A stretch of DNA of 64,000 nucleotides from Camelus dromedarius (lineage: Eukaryota): the NCBI RefSeq assembly GCF_036321535.1, contig NC_087436.1, forward strand, positions 52,702,001 through 52,766,000. The letters are read 5' to 3'. A model generated the notes under the pieces. It had not been told where the DNA came from. It did no database searches and worked only from the letters and a program-made list of their open reading frames with translations. Positions within the stretch are counted from its first letter, which is position 1, and each line of letters opens with the position of its first letter. Shown one piece after another: positions 51,250-64,000 of this stretch. A program made the translations under genes and the position numbers.

Positions 51250-52135
51250 TTTTTATTTTATTTATTTTTAATTGAAGTATAGTTGGTTTATAATGTTAAT
51301 TTCTCATGTACAGCACAGAGATTCAGTTATATATATATATATATATTCCTTTTCATATTCTTTTCCATTATAGGCCATTACAATATATTGAATATAGTTC
51401 CCTGTGCTATACAGTAAGACCTTGCTGTTTATCTATTTTATGTATAGTAGTTAGTATCTGCAAATCCCAAACTCCCAATTTATCCCTTCATGCCCCTCAA
51501 CCCCACCCAGTAACCACAGGTTTATTTTCTATGTCTGTGAGTTTCTGTTTTGTAAGTAAGTTCATTTGTCTCTCTCTCTCTCTCTTTTTTTTTTTTTTTG
51601 TTTTAGATTCCACATATAAGTGATATCATATGGTGTTTTTCTTTCTCTTTCTGGCTTACTTCACTTAGTATGACAATCTTCAGGTTGCTACAAATGGCAT
51701 TATTTTATTCTTTTTATGGCTGAGTGGTATTCCATTGTATAAGTATGTACCACATCTTTACCCAATCATCTGTCGATGGACATTTTGGTTGCTTCCATGT
51801 CTTGGCTATTGTAAATAGTGCTGCTATGAACATGGGGGTGTATGTATCTTTTCAAACTGAAGTTTCCTCCAGATATATGCCCAGGAGAGGGACTGCTGGA
51901 TCAGATGGTAAGTCTATTTTTAGTTTTCTAAGTAATCTCTATACTGTTTTCCATAGTGGCTGCACCAAAGTACATCCACACCAGAAGTGTAGGAGGGTTC
52001 CCTTTTCTCCACACCTGCTCCAACATTCATTGTTTATGGACTTTTGAATGACATTCTGACTAGTGTGAGATGATACCTCAATGGGTTTTGATTTGCATTT
52101 CTCTAAAAGTTAGCGATATTGAGCACTTTTTCAGA
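51250..52135 (-). mobile_element. Camelid-like L1 3' end
   Basis: tttttaattgaagtatagtt...ttagattccacatataagtgatatcatatgg...gtgtgagatgatacctca; same family as 33391-34110. Confidence 0.95.
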
Positions 52136-52139
52136 GCTA

Positions 52140-53734
52140 TTTTCATAACAATACTGTGATGTTAGTGTCTTTTCCACATTTGTACTGATGATGCAAAGCA
52201 ACAGCAGCAGAAACAGTTTTAACCAAATCTAATTAAAGGATTCAGTCACATTGCAAGATAGACAAAAGGATTCAAATGCAACAGTGCACAAAAGGTTCAT
52301 TGATATGGCTTCAAATTCCACATTATAAGTAGCTTAAGTGTAAATCAAGGTAATGGAACCCAGTGTTCTTATAGTGCACTTGCAATGAAAATACTAATGA
52401 TGATATAGTAATTTGAGTGGCAGTTTCACTCAATAATGTTCTTCATGAGGCAACACAAATGTTAATTTTTAAAAAGTCAAGACTTCAATCATATATTTTT
52501 AATATTTTGTGTGAAGAAATGGGACACAGGCATAAAGAATTTTTACTTTCTTGTGGTTGAGCTATAACTGACATAATATTATATTAGTTTCAGGTGTACA
52601 ACTCAATGATTTAACACTGCTATATATTGCTGAATGATCACCACAGTAAGTCTTAACATCCATCGCCACACAAAGCTATAATTTTTTTTCTTGTGATAAG
52701 ACATTTTAAGATCTATTTTCTTAACAACTTTTAAAGCACTCCTGCTGCATATTGAAGCACAATGTTGATCTCAAGGAAAAGCCCTTGGGCTACTGTTTGT
52801 GATCTGAAATAGATGTTGTTTTCATGGAACATTATTTTTACTTGAAAGACCAATTGACAGTCCTGATTGTGATTATTTAGACTTGGATATTTCGCAGATA
52901 TTTTCTCAAAAATGAACAATGTAAGCCTGTTGCTCTAAGAAAAACAACTGATAGTATCTGTTGCCAATGATTGATTTTGAGTTTTCAACAAAAATCACAA
53001 GTTTGCAAAACTCATACCCACCACTGAGGCTGGCAGTTTCAAAACACTGAAAGGCTTTTCTGATGGGATCTGTGGTGGTATTAACGAATATGATTTCATC
53101 ATATTGTATGATAAAATGTGTTAACATTTGGAAAATATGCATAACTCAGTGAATCAATATTTTCCAAATCACCAATGCATGGTTAAAAGATTCAGTCACA
53201 TTGCAAGATAGACAAAAGGTTTTAAACGCAACAGTGCACAAAAAGTTCAATGACATGGTCTCAAAGTCCACGTTACAACCAACCTTTAAGAACTACCCCT
53301 GCAGTTGTGGTGTAATATCAAAAAAGATTACTCATAATGACCTTCTTAAGGCTGTTAAAACAGCCTTTCCAAACTATACATCCATACATATTTCAACCAA
53401 ATTAATGTATTGCAACAGATTGAATTCAGAAGCAGACATGAAAATCCAGCCATCATGTATTAAGTATAAGAAATTTCAAAAATGTGAAACAATGTTACTC
53501 TTCTTACTAAACTTTTTTATTTAAAAAAGACAAATATTTTCAGTAAAAATGTTATCTAATTAACATGTAACTGATTCACTACTTTAGAATCTTAAATGAA
53601 TCCAGTTTCTCAGCTTTGTTTTTCTAAATGGTAATATTGATAGATATAAGCCATTTAAGCAAAAACTCTTGAAAAATGTCAATAATTTTTAAAAGAGTTA
53701 AGTGGCCCTGAGGCCAAAAAGTTTGAAACTACTG
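52140..53734 (+). mobile_element. Charlie1-type hAT transposon remnant with degraded transposase
   Basis: ILCEEMGHRHK/ALLLHIEAQC*SQGKAL resembles LCEEMG..H..LLLHTEVRWLSRGKVL; right terminus ccctgaggccaaaaagtttgaaactactg. Confidence 0.85.
52540..52732 (-). mobile_element. Short L1 3' end nested in the Charlie1 transposase
   Basis: ttagtttcaggtgtacaac...atgatcaccacagtaagtc; flanked by taaag on both sides. Confidence 0.8.
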
Positions 53735-56700
53735 ACCTAAATGTCACCAAATATTCATATATTTAAATATAAAATATTAAAAATATTCACTCCAGATACA
53801 CAAAGTGGCCACATTTGAAATGTGAATGCTTCCCTCACTGTTTTCTTGATGGTATCCTCCCATGCCAGGAGGATCTTTCAGTCCTTTTGCTGTGATCTTC
53901 CTCTAAAGACACAAATACAACTATTAGGACTACAAAGACCCTTCAAAACACATCACATCAATTGAGCCTCCTCTACCAGGCAAAATTAGAAATGGAAATA
54001 AATTTGGGAGGTAGAATGAAAAAAGAGAAGAGAGAAATCAAACCCACAAGCCAAAACGGTTGGTCTCTCAAATTATTGCTTCACACAAATTCTCCTTAAA
54101 TTTATTCATGAATGCAAATAAAATATAATAAACCTGCAATCTAATATACTGGAGGTTTTGTCCACACTGAAAAAGAAAAGAAGCAAAGAGCTTCCTTCCA
54201 CAGCCTGGCCCTTGCTCTCTGAGGACACTGGCCACCCAGAGATGATTGATCCAGTAGGACTCAGCAAATTCCCCTGGTTCACTCTCAGGCCTCCAGCTTC
54301 AGAGGATGACCTTATGTGCTACGGAACCAATGAATGTCACACCTAAAACTTCAGCAGGCAGAGCTCCAGCATTAAGCCACTGTAATTATTCAGTGGTGTT
54401 TTCTGGCACCCTTTCAAAACAGACAATTTGGAAAACCAGTCTTTTACTGCAGGCCAGAATACATTTCTAAAGTAATCATTTCAGACATTTGGAATGATAC
54501 ACATTCTTCCCTCTCTTAGGTAAATAGATGTGCACCAACAGTGCAATTGCAAAACAATCCAGGCCAAAATAATCCACACCCACCTGAAATAGTCAGATAA
54601 TTGAGACAGTAGGGAATTGTTCTAGGGGTTTTGTTTGTTTGGGGAGCTAGGATTGGGAGATAACTTGAAATATCCAGAAAGTGGCTTAATTCTCTAATTT
54701 CTGCATGCTGAAATTGTTAAGATGTTATCTTTTCTACCCAGATGATCGATGAAAGTGAAATTATCTAAAATTTTTGAGATTTGGGGGGAGAGACATAAAC
54801 AAACAGAGTAAGAGATGAAAAGACATCTCAAAATATCCCCTGAGCTGGCATGAGAAGCAGCAGATTCTCTTTCACTTAGTTTATAAATCATTAAGGCCAT
54901 TTATCTTAAATGAAATACAACATGGTTCCTCTCCCTTTCCCTTACATTGTCTCATATAACTATCCAACTGAACTTTTTGTTGGATAGGTGTTTGGGGCTA
55001 TCTCAAACAACAAAATTGTTCAGTCTTATGACCCGATTCAGTTATCAGGGGAGCTCTAAGCTCCAAACTGACTGCAGCATTACATCTATTATTAAAGAGG
55101 ATTTTTCTAAAAACAGATTCCATTGTTAGACGCTTTATTACCAGAAGTTAAAATCAAAGATGGAAGCATTCTGGATCATGGAGTGCAAATGTAATTAAAT
55201 ACCAACCTAATTTACGTTAAAAACATACCAATTGGTTATGAAGATCATGCCAAGATAAATAAAAGGCATATACAAGAATAAGTAAAACAAGCAAGATTAA
55301 AAAGTGTACTTCCAAGTGATTAAAACTATTTGATATTTGTTTACATTTAAAAAAAACTATGCTTAGGAAAAAACAGAAAGGAATTATTATGTACATAAAA
55401 CGTTGAGTTGTTTTTTTTTTTAATGATGAACATTTGTATTTTTTATCTTTTGTCTGTTTTTCAAGTTTTTTGTTACTGTGTTGGTACTAGTTTCAAATTT
55501 AAAAGACATAAGTTGAAAAAATATACATTTGGAACAAGAGTGATTGAGGTTAAGAGGTAAGATTGACCTGCGTTCAGGCCAGGGAAGAGGGAAAAGGGCA
55601 GCTTTTAGGACAGTAGCTGGAGGTGGAGAAGACAGAGCAGCTCTGGGTTGAACTCCAGGTCTCAAAGAAGCAGGTGGCAATGACCCCTTGCTCCTCCAAC
55701 CTTGGAGCTCCTGAAAACAAGCGTCCCGGGGACTCTGTGTGAGTGGCTCCTGATTGACTCTCTCCCATGACCCAAGGAGTCTTCAGAGAGAAAAAGGAAC
55801 AGGGATCATCACTCATACTGAAATCTCCTCACGTTTTAAAACCCTGAACTCGAGAAGTCCCTGGGACTGACTTCAGTCCTACCTAGCCTCCACCAAGTCA
55901 ACCACACACAGAAGAGCATCTCCCTTTCCACTAAGTGGAACCACCAGCAAACAATTTATATTACTATGTGGCACCATCCAGAGGGGGAAATAAGTGGATA
56001 CAAGGGAGAGGTGGAGCCTATCAAGGTGCTTTTCCCAGCATTCACAATTATACCTGAGGATGGTCCTGTTCACTGCCCTGTGTAGGGTGTTTGAAATGAA
56101 CAAATGCAATCTGTGTGCTGCAGAATTCTGGCTAGCCCTGTTCAGCCAGACATACACAGTGGGTGCAGTCCGAGCCTAAATTTTGTGCACTTTAAAATTC
56201 AGACACATGTCTATAGGAGACAGCAAACCCTCCATAGTAGGATTTGCATGAAGCACACAGGAACAATTGGAAAATATCTGATTCTAAAGGAAGAGTTGCT
56301 CTGGAACACAAACTTGACCCAGTCTGGGTGCCATAATCTCAGAAGGAAAAGGAATTATTAGCAGCAGAACACAATACTGGGGTCTAAGGCTGCCCTCTAG
56401 CAATGAACTCATGATTGAGTCCTAGGGAGAAGGAACTTCAAGTGATGCTGAAAGAATACATAAAATCTCCAAAATAAAAACCTCTAACAGCACAGGGCAG
56501 CCCTGCTGTAGGGCCTTTGCCCTGGGAGCAGGAGCGGCTTCTCCCCATTTGAACAGATGATCCCATGTGGTCTACATGAGTAACAGCACAGCCATCTGTC
56601 ATATACCATTACTCTCCAGGTGCCAATGACTAACACGGAGGAGCAGCCCCAGCACAGCCTGACCTCAGCAGATGTGAACAGAGACCAGAGCAGCAGCAGC

Positions 56701-56885
56701 CGTGGGAAAGGAATTCTTACCTCACTTTAGCACAGAACACAGGATACACAACCGCAAGTTCTTGCAGTGTTAGAAATCAGCCTGACACTAGGACAGTGAA
56801 ATACCTTCAGTTTGGTTCAAGGTGGTAGCCCCAGGCATCAATGGGGGAAAGACAGTGATAGGACGGCAAGGGAAACCCTTTCTTT

Positions 56886-58496
56886 GCATCCATTCTTCTC
56901 CGGAGTTCTTTGATCATCTTTACGATCGCTACCCTGAACTTCTTCCGGTAGATGGCCTATCTCCACTTCACTTAATTCTTCTTCTGGGGTTTTACCTTGT
57001 TCCTTAGACTGGAACATGTTCCTCTGTCCCCTCATTTTGCCTAAGTTGCGGTTTCTACTTCTATGTATCTGGTAGGTTGGTTACGTTTCCTGACCTTGGA
57101 GAAGTGGCCTTTTGTAGGAGATATCCTATGTATCCCAGCAGCCCTCTTCCCTCTGGGCAGTCTGGTAGGCTTGGTAGGCTTGGCTGGCCCCGGACCGGCT
57201 GATTGCCAGGCCGCTCCTTGTGTGGAGGCTGCCGGCCGGTGGTTGGCGGGACTGGGTTCATGAAGCCGCTCACAGCAGAACGCCAAGGGGGTCCGGGGCT
57301 AGTGCTGACTCACTGGTGGGCGGAGTCAGGGCCCAGAGACTCCCAGGCTGTTGCCGGCCCACTGGCGGGTGAAGCCAGGTCCTGGGGTTAGTGCCAGCAG
57401 GCAGAGCCGGCCCCAGAGCTGGTGGCAGGTCAGCGGTAGGGGAAGACCGGTTCCTGACACAGCTGAGTAGGGGGTCCAGGGGGTCCCGAAGCTTGTGCTG
57501 GCTGGCTAGTGGGCAGGACCAGGGCCCAGGTGGTCCCAGAGCAGGGTTTGCAGGCTGCAGGACTGTGGCTTTATGGAGTCAGCTGCCTGCCGCCTGCCAG
57601 GTGAGCGAGGCAGGTCCCGAGGCGGGAGCCGCCTTTCTGAGCGCGGGGCGGGCGCAGGGGATTCTGGGGCTGGTGCCTGCCCGCGGGTGGGCGGAGCTGC
57701 GCCCGGATGCTCTGGAAGGCGGGGCCGCGTTCGGAGGCGGCCTGTGCTCCGAGGGCTTGAGGCAGCCTGTCTGTTGATGGGTGGGGCTGTGTCCCAGCGC
57801 TCAGCCTGAGGCATCCCAGCGCTGGCACCCACAGGCTGTTGGGTGGGGCAGGTCTAGGCGCTAATGAGCTAGAGGGAGGAGGCCACTAGGCCGCCCGCCA
57901 GCATCTGTGATAGAACAGGGTTCCAAAAATGGCTGCCGCAGGTGTCTGTGCCCCCTGTGTGAGCTGCAGCCCCCCACCCCCTGCTTCTCTGGGAGACTCT
58001 CCTAGACCAGCAGGTAGGTCTGGCCCAGGCATCTACCAAATTTCTGCTTTTCCTCTAAGTCCCGCTGCGTGAGAGATGTTGTATGTGACTTTTAAGAGTT
58101 AAGTCTCTGTTTCTAAGCCCAGGACTCCCAAAAGTCAGCCCCGCCGGCCTTCAGCACCAAATGCTCTGGGGCTCATTTTCCCTGTGCAGGACCCCAAGTC
58201 GGCTGGGGAGCCCAAGGTGGGGCTCAGGCCTCTCACTCCTGTGGGAGAACTTCTGCAATGTAATTATTCTCCAGTTTATGAGGTACCCGCCCTAGGGGTA
58301 TGGGACTTGACTGTATCGTGACTCTGCCCCTCCTACCCTTCTCTTTATGTCTTTAGTTGTAGAAGACCTTTTTTGGTAGGTTCCAGACTTTTTCTTTGAT
58401 ACTTATTCTGCAGATAGTTGGGATTTTGGTGTGCTCATGAGAGGAGGTGAGCTCAAGTTTTTTCTATTCTGCCATCTTGGCTTATCTCTTATCAGA
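56886..58496 (-). mobile_element. L1 5'UTR + ORF1 N-terminus only (3'-truncated), 14-bp TSD
   Basis: 5' start ccaagatggcagaatag at ~58480; ORF1 ATG at 57035, MRGQRNMFQSKEQGKTPEEELSEVEIGHLPEE, frameshift, FRVAIVKMIKELRRRMDAK; TSD gaaaccctttcttt at 56872-56885 and 58497-58510. Confidence 0.92.
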
Positions 58497-58649
58497 GAAA
58501 CCCTTTCTTTTCCCTACTCCCCACCACTCCATGCTACACACATGCACACACACACACATAATCCATTCATTCTGCAATTTTTAAAATACCTACTGGTAAG
58601 AAGGTCTATGCTAAGTGCTGCAGATTCAGTGATGAGGAAGACCGACATG

Positions 58650-59122
58650 ACTTCTGACCACGTGCCACTTAGCAGCCATGTCACCACTTCAGCTTGCTCC
58701 CCAACCACCACTGATTGCAGGAGTGGGGCCCTGCCTCCAGCTGAGCTGATCATGGTGTTAATCCTCCACAGCCACGGTTGACGGATCCAGAGGAGAGCAT
58801 CTGACCCACACTGAGCCAGCAAGTTTGGAAATTCTAGAATTGAGAGAGGTGGCACCCTACTCTTTAGGGTGCCTGGATTACAAAATACAAAGATTAGAAA
58901 CTATCAACATGTGGCTGAGAGAAGAATAGAAAGCTAACCTGAAGGTAAGAATAAAGCAAAAGCAAGAAATTGAAAAGGGAGAGGGAGACTCCTGGCAGGT
59001 TTGGATTCCCTGACTCTCCTTGATGCTGAGGTGGCTGCAATCCTGTCACTGGATTTCATCAGCCAATCAAGGTAAAATTAAACTGGGTTCTGTCACTTGA
59101 ACCCAAAAAGAGTCCTAACATA
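58650..59122 (+). mobile_element. MLT1-type MaLR LTR
   Basis: 3' end gggttctgtcacttgaacccaaaaagagtcctaaca. Confidence 0.6.
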
Positions 59123-61639
59123 CTGATCCCCACACACTGTAAATGGTAGCAGCAGCTGAAAGGTGCTCTCAACAAGACTCTTTGGAACTGAATTTCTCAG
59201 CTACAGGCACTGCACAGTATTAAGAGTAAGGGCAAAAAAAGAAGTGTAATAGCTAAAAAGGGGTGTATTGGTGAGCTGAGACAAAACATGCCTTGGACGT
59301 TTCCAGAAGTACTGGGATAAGGGGAGATTCTGCAAAGACTAGAACTAGTGAAATAATTTGTTATGGTTGCCAATACTTAATGTTTAGCTCCTTACTCATA
59401 TGCCTGAAGAATCAGAGGTTACAAGGGTAGGAAACAGCAATGTTGCTTTATACAATTTATGAAATTTCTATCCATTACTTATTATAGCAGAGGCAGTTTA
59501 ATTATGAAGATTCTTTATTTACCAGTTATTCAGAAAAGCCCTGTATTTTTCTAACCAAAATTTTCAGTCAATTAGATATAGCCTCATCTCCTCTCTTTCT
59601 GTCCTCCTAAGGGACATCTCTCTTCAGTTTAATTTTCTTGTCATTTTTCAATTCCAACTCAATGTCACAGTTTGATGAAGGCTGGTGGCTAGCAGCTCTT
59701 GCAAATGGTGGCAAACCCACAACCACAATGGTGTCTATACGAGACAATCAAAGGTTCTTTCTCTCCATTTCCAGTTTAATGTTTTCCCATCTGTCAGACC
59801 TCTAAACCAGATCCAGCTGCTTTTCTTGACACCTGTCGTGTTTATTTAGAACCTGTTTTTACCAGAATCATTTCAACACAATAAAAATACCAGCTCTGGT
59901 TTCCAAGGGCTTTTCAGAGAAGGTAATAAACAAAGCAGGAGAAATAAAAGAGAGAGAGGCTGCCAGGCGTATAAAGCAGTACATGTCAATTATCAGACTG
60001 TGTATGTGATGTTTTCTGGCAACAAGAAAATACAAAAAATTATTTTATTAACTTTGGCTTAATTTCCCACTCTCCTTTTTTCATTGGACAGTACTATGAA
60101 ATTAAAAGTAACTCCTATTTTGTGGGAAAGCCAGTATTTGCAACTAAGTAACACACTATGGATCTTGTCAGATAATGAAAAGTAAAGACATGTTGCTTGT
60201 GTGAATAAAGCATGATTATTCATGCAGGAGAACACACACATTTTCCTTTTTCCCAGGCAGCAAACAATGTGCTAATTTATATACGCTTGCTTTGCACAGG
60301 GAGTTTGCTAGTATCTTACATATTTGTTTCCATTTAACTCTAGTTCAAACAGAAAGAGGATATTCATAACTTGAGATTACAGTTTAGTAGTCTCTTTAAT
60401 TTTGGCCAGAAATATAAGGGTAGATACAGGAATCAGATTGAAACAAACATTTTCCACTTAATTTCTTTGTTGGAGGCAAAAAATAAACACTTTTAAAATC
60501 CAACAGAGTTTAGGTTTGAATGAGCGGAGTGCAAGTTTTAATACGTTGTCCATCCTAACAGAAATGCATCTGTTCGGAAAGTGATTAAAATCCAAAAAAG
60601 CCCAAGGGCTTCTGTGGCGTAAACACAGCTTGGGCTGCAGAGCTCTTGGCTCTGGGAGTCAGCCAAACCTTCCAGAGCGCTGGCAGAAACCCCACTCAGT
60701 ATCTCCCTCCAGACCAAAGGAAGAAGTAGTAAACAAACCCATCAATCACCAGCAACTGGGAAGTGCTGAGAGCCATAAGTTACAGCCACCAGTATAGAAA
60801 GAAACTGATAAATTGCCATCCATCACTCCTGCTAAATATGCATACACATTCTCACTTAGCTATGGACTGGCTAAAAGTATGGAATACAGAATACTCAGCA
60901 GAAAGAAGACGAAGGCCTGAACCTACCTAGGGAAAGATGTCATTAGCTGGATTTATTTTGGTAAAGCTTATGGTACTTGTTTTTCTTTTTGTACTTAAAA
61001 TTCTTAATAAACTTTCCTAAGATACTTGCAATTCTAAGGAAATACAGTAATATTCTGTTACCTGAGATGACAAGGATCAATTGTTTATTGATTAATTTAT
61101 TCATTTAAAAAAATGTTTATCAAACTCCTACTAGATTCCTGGTACAATCTGTATTCTGAGGGAATATAAAAGAGGTAAAAGACTAGAGACATAAAAGATA
61201 TGGTCCCCGCTTTTAAAAGTTTGTCATCTAACTGCATTGATAGGAGATTTTAATGTATCAAAAAAATTTAATAGTGCAAGATAACACATAAAATTGAATA
61301 AAAAGACAAGAGAGTTTACAATAAATAAGAAGCTCTGCTAGTAGTTAAGAGCTGGGTACTAGTGGTTATTAGTTTTATAGTAATACTTGTGGGTTTTTTT
61401 TCTTATCTAAAACCCGGTAAGGTGTTATTAAATGATGCTTAATAATGTTTTTATAAGTTCTGATGGGTACTGAGTATTCATGAGTTCCAGTACATTTCCT
61501 GACAAGTACCTAGTATGGCTAATGTGTTCTGTGTTTCTGGTTAAACATGAAAATTGGGGAAAGAGATAGGACTGTTAAGAACCCACAAGATCTGCTCCTC
61601 TGTGAAGGTACACGGAGATCAAGGTAACTTTTCAAACCA

Positions 61640-61850
61640 CAGAACAGTAATCTACTTGTGCCACACATTGGAATCACTCAGGCAGCTTTTTTTTTTCTTT
61701 TCCTTTTTTCTTTCTTTCTTTCTTTTTTTTTTTAATCAAATACCTAGGCTCCACCTCAGACCAATCAATTCAGAATATCTGTAGGTGAGGCAGATTTTTT
61801 TTTAAGCTCCTCAAGTGACTTATCAATCGATATGAAGGTAGGTTTGCAAA
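61640..61850. mobile_element. MER5A-like hAT element
   Basis: cacattggaatcactcaggcagc...aggctccacctcagaccaatcaattcagaat...aagctcctcaagtga. Confidence 0.75.
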
Positions 61851-62554
61851 TCAGCACCACGGAATGTAACCACAATCATTAAATCCCCCACATAATCTTT
61901 AACCTTAGGCAATATAACTTCCTGATGTGTCCTCTGAGGTTTACAGATTACAAATAATACACTAGGTAATTAACAAAGCTACTTGCTATATACAGGATTA
62001 TTCTCCAAAGTCCTGTTAAAAACTGAGAAACATCAGTCAAAAATTATTGCCTCCTGTCCTTTTTGAAATTTAGATCCATTTCTTGTCTCTTAAGACACCA
62101 CAGTTGTGACAATAAAGGCACGTCACATATATAAGAGTGATCTTTTATTCTCTATTTCATGGGTTCACACAGCTTGTCTAAGCGCCGAGTCATTGTGTAT
62201 CCAGTGCAGAATCAGGAGAACAAATCACATCACAGTGGTGCCTGGCTATAAATTGCTACCTGATCCATCAAAATACCTGCCTGATTTGACCTCAAAGTAG
62301 TATCGAGGTGCCACAGGAGCCCCGCTAACTAAGGCTTTAAATTGAGGTCATGAAACTTGTTCAGATGTTTTCCTGCCTACAGAGCCTAAGGATGAGGAAA
62401 GGTCAATAAAAGCCACAAACTCTCTTATACTTGTTGTAACAGATTTCTCCATGTGCTAATGATACAGAGAGTGACTGTGCCTAATGCCCCTTTGTTCCTT
62501 GTGTAGCTGCAGTGATTCCTATGCTGGCAGCACATCCCGTTAGTCAGGGTGCTC

Positions 62555-62700
62555 GCTCAAAGGCACACAAGCTCAGGCCTGATCCCCCAGGATTATGATT
62601 TAATGAACCTTGGGTGGGACCCAGGAATCAATGTGTTTAATAAAGACCTCCAGGAAATTCCAATGCAGCCATTCTGGGTAATGTCTCTTAGAACCATTAT
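62555..62700. mobile_element. MER5-like fragment
   Basis: cccaggattatgatttaatgaaccttgggtgggacccaggaatc...tttaataaagacctccagg. Confidence 0.65.
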
Positions 62701-62839
62701 CAAAACAACAACAACAACAAAAAGCTTTCAGTTTATCAACATGATAGCTGGAATACCTTTTAAGTGAGATGTTGCTCTAATAATCACATACCTGAAGAGC
62801 AAAAGGTTGTCTCTCCTTAATAGTGAAGTCAGTTACCCA

Positions 62840-63055
62840 CTGGGTTCTTAGCTTTATTTTTCCCTGTAGCACTTTTCACAAATTGACATTATATTATGTG
62901 TCTATTTACTTATTTTCAAAATATTGGTTCCCTTTAATAAAACAAACACTTCACAAGGGCACGTATGTTTCTGTTTTGTTCACTGACGTATCCCCAGATC
63001 TTAGAACAGTCCTTAACACATAGAAGTTACCCAGCAAATAATGAGTGAATGAGTA
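62840..63055 (+). mobile_element. LINE-2 3' end
   Basis: ctgttttgttcactgacgtatccccagatcttagaacagt...gagtgaatgag. Confidence 0.75.
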
Positions 63056-64000
63056 AAGGGACAAACAAGTAAGTGAATATTTGGGAAGTGCTCCAAAAAG
63101 TTGACAGATTGACAAGGAAGAGAGCCTACCTATCAAAACAGGAGCAGGAAATCCTCTTTAATTTAATCTAGGTTTTTGTTTTTATTTTTATTTTTTTAAT
63201 ATTCACAATTTACAGGAGAATTACTAACCCACTCAGCAAGTGCCCTAAAATTTAAAAGTTCAAGAAAATTGAATTGATTTTGTAAAGTTCAATTAAGCAA
63301 ACTTCAGTGTCCAGTAGGCTTTAAAGTTTACATAATTTGCTTCGTTATACAAATGCTATCAGTAACTATGTCTCAGAATCTGCTCTCATTATTGGATCTG
63401 ATGATCACACTTGGACCTCTCCATACTGATGTATTACACTTGAGTGTTTTCAAGGTAGTAAGTTTATAATAAGATTTAAATGGGATAAAGATCCCCAGTT
63501 GGCCTCTTCATCACTTTATTAACCTGACTAGGGATGATTCGCTGCTTAGCTGCATTTGTCAAGAAAGATTTTAAGATGAGTGACACATTTGTCTACAAAA
63601 GTGACGAATTGGCTTTACATTATCAGCGACTGGCTTACGGTTGATGACATGAGAAAATACTCTTGAGTTTCTGCATGTGAGGCGGTTTTAAGGGAGCATC
63701 ATATTGGACATGTCACCAACTGAGTATGAATGCACTTCAGTATTTTTATTGTTTGCAGCTGCTGACATTCCCCATTCAGCCTGAGTGCAGATGGGACTTG
63801 GACAGCAATATTAAGGATTAAAACGAGGGAGAAATAACAGTCTTGGTCCCAGCTTAGAATAAGTGTGAAAATGGTTTTAAGAGAGGAGTTCAACTGTAGT
63901 ATGATTCATGGTGAATGGATTAATTACTCCCAGATATCTACCATGTACTGTCATTCAATACCAGGATCCATTGATAAATGAGCTTAGTGAAGAACGTTCC

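Noticed and set aside
57391..57832. Several 78-128 aa ORFs
   Set aside because: Artefacts of the GC-rich L1 5'UTR; no evidence for an ORF0-like product
1..64000. CRISPR arrays, tRNA/rRNA genes, a second protein-coding gene or foreign insert
   Set aside because: None recognisable; composition and repeats fit an ordinary gene-poor mammalian locus

Overview
Mammalian genomic DNA, AT-rich and dense in repeats. The L1 3' ends look cetartiodactyl and most resemble camelid L1s; I saw no Bov-B/Bov-tA, PRE-1 or Alu SINEs, so the species is an inference. The window holds one protein-coding gene, DDIT4L (REDD2/RTP801L), on the + strand: CpG-island/TATA promoter near 24.2 kb, non-coding exon 1 ending at 24431, CDS 24781-24871 + 26734-27224 (193 aa), and a likely polyA signal at 28987. 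The rest is intergenic: L1, L2, MIR, L3/CR1, hAT MERs, Charlie1, MaLR and ERVL remnants. I found no convincing new gene system. The most unusual structures are retrotransposition and repair footprints: a tail-less L1 consisting of 5'UTR plus ORF1 start with a perfect 14-bp TSD and a retained CpG island (56.9-58.5 kb), a probable L1 3' transduction (32.0-33.1 kb), a ~100-bp L1 ending at an internal A-tract (2.6 kb), and a ~96-bp templated insertion inside Charlie1 (52.2 kb). Candidate DDIT4L regulatory features include a uORF, G4 motifs, ARE sites, an in-frame cryptic acceptor and alternative polyA signals. Repeat family names are from recall of consensus sequences and repeat boundaries are approximate.
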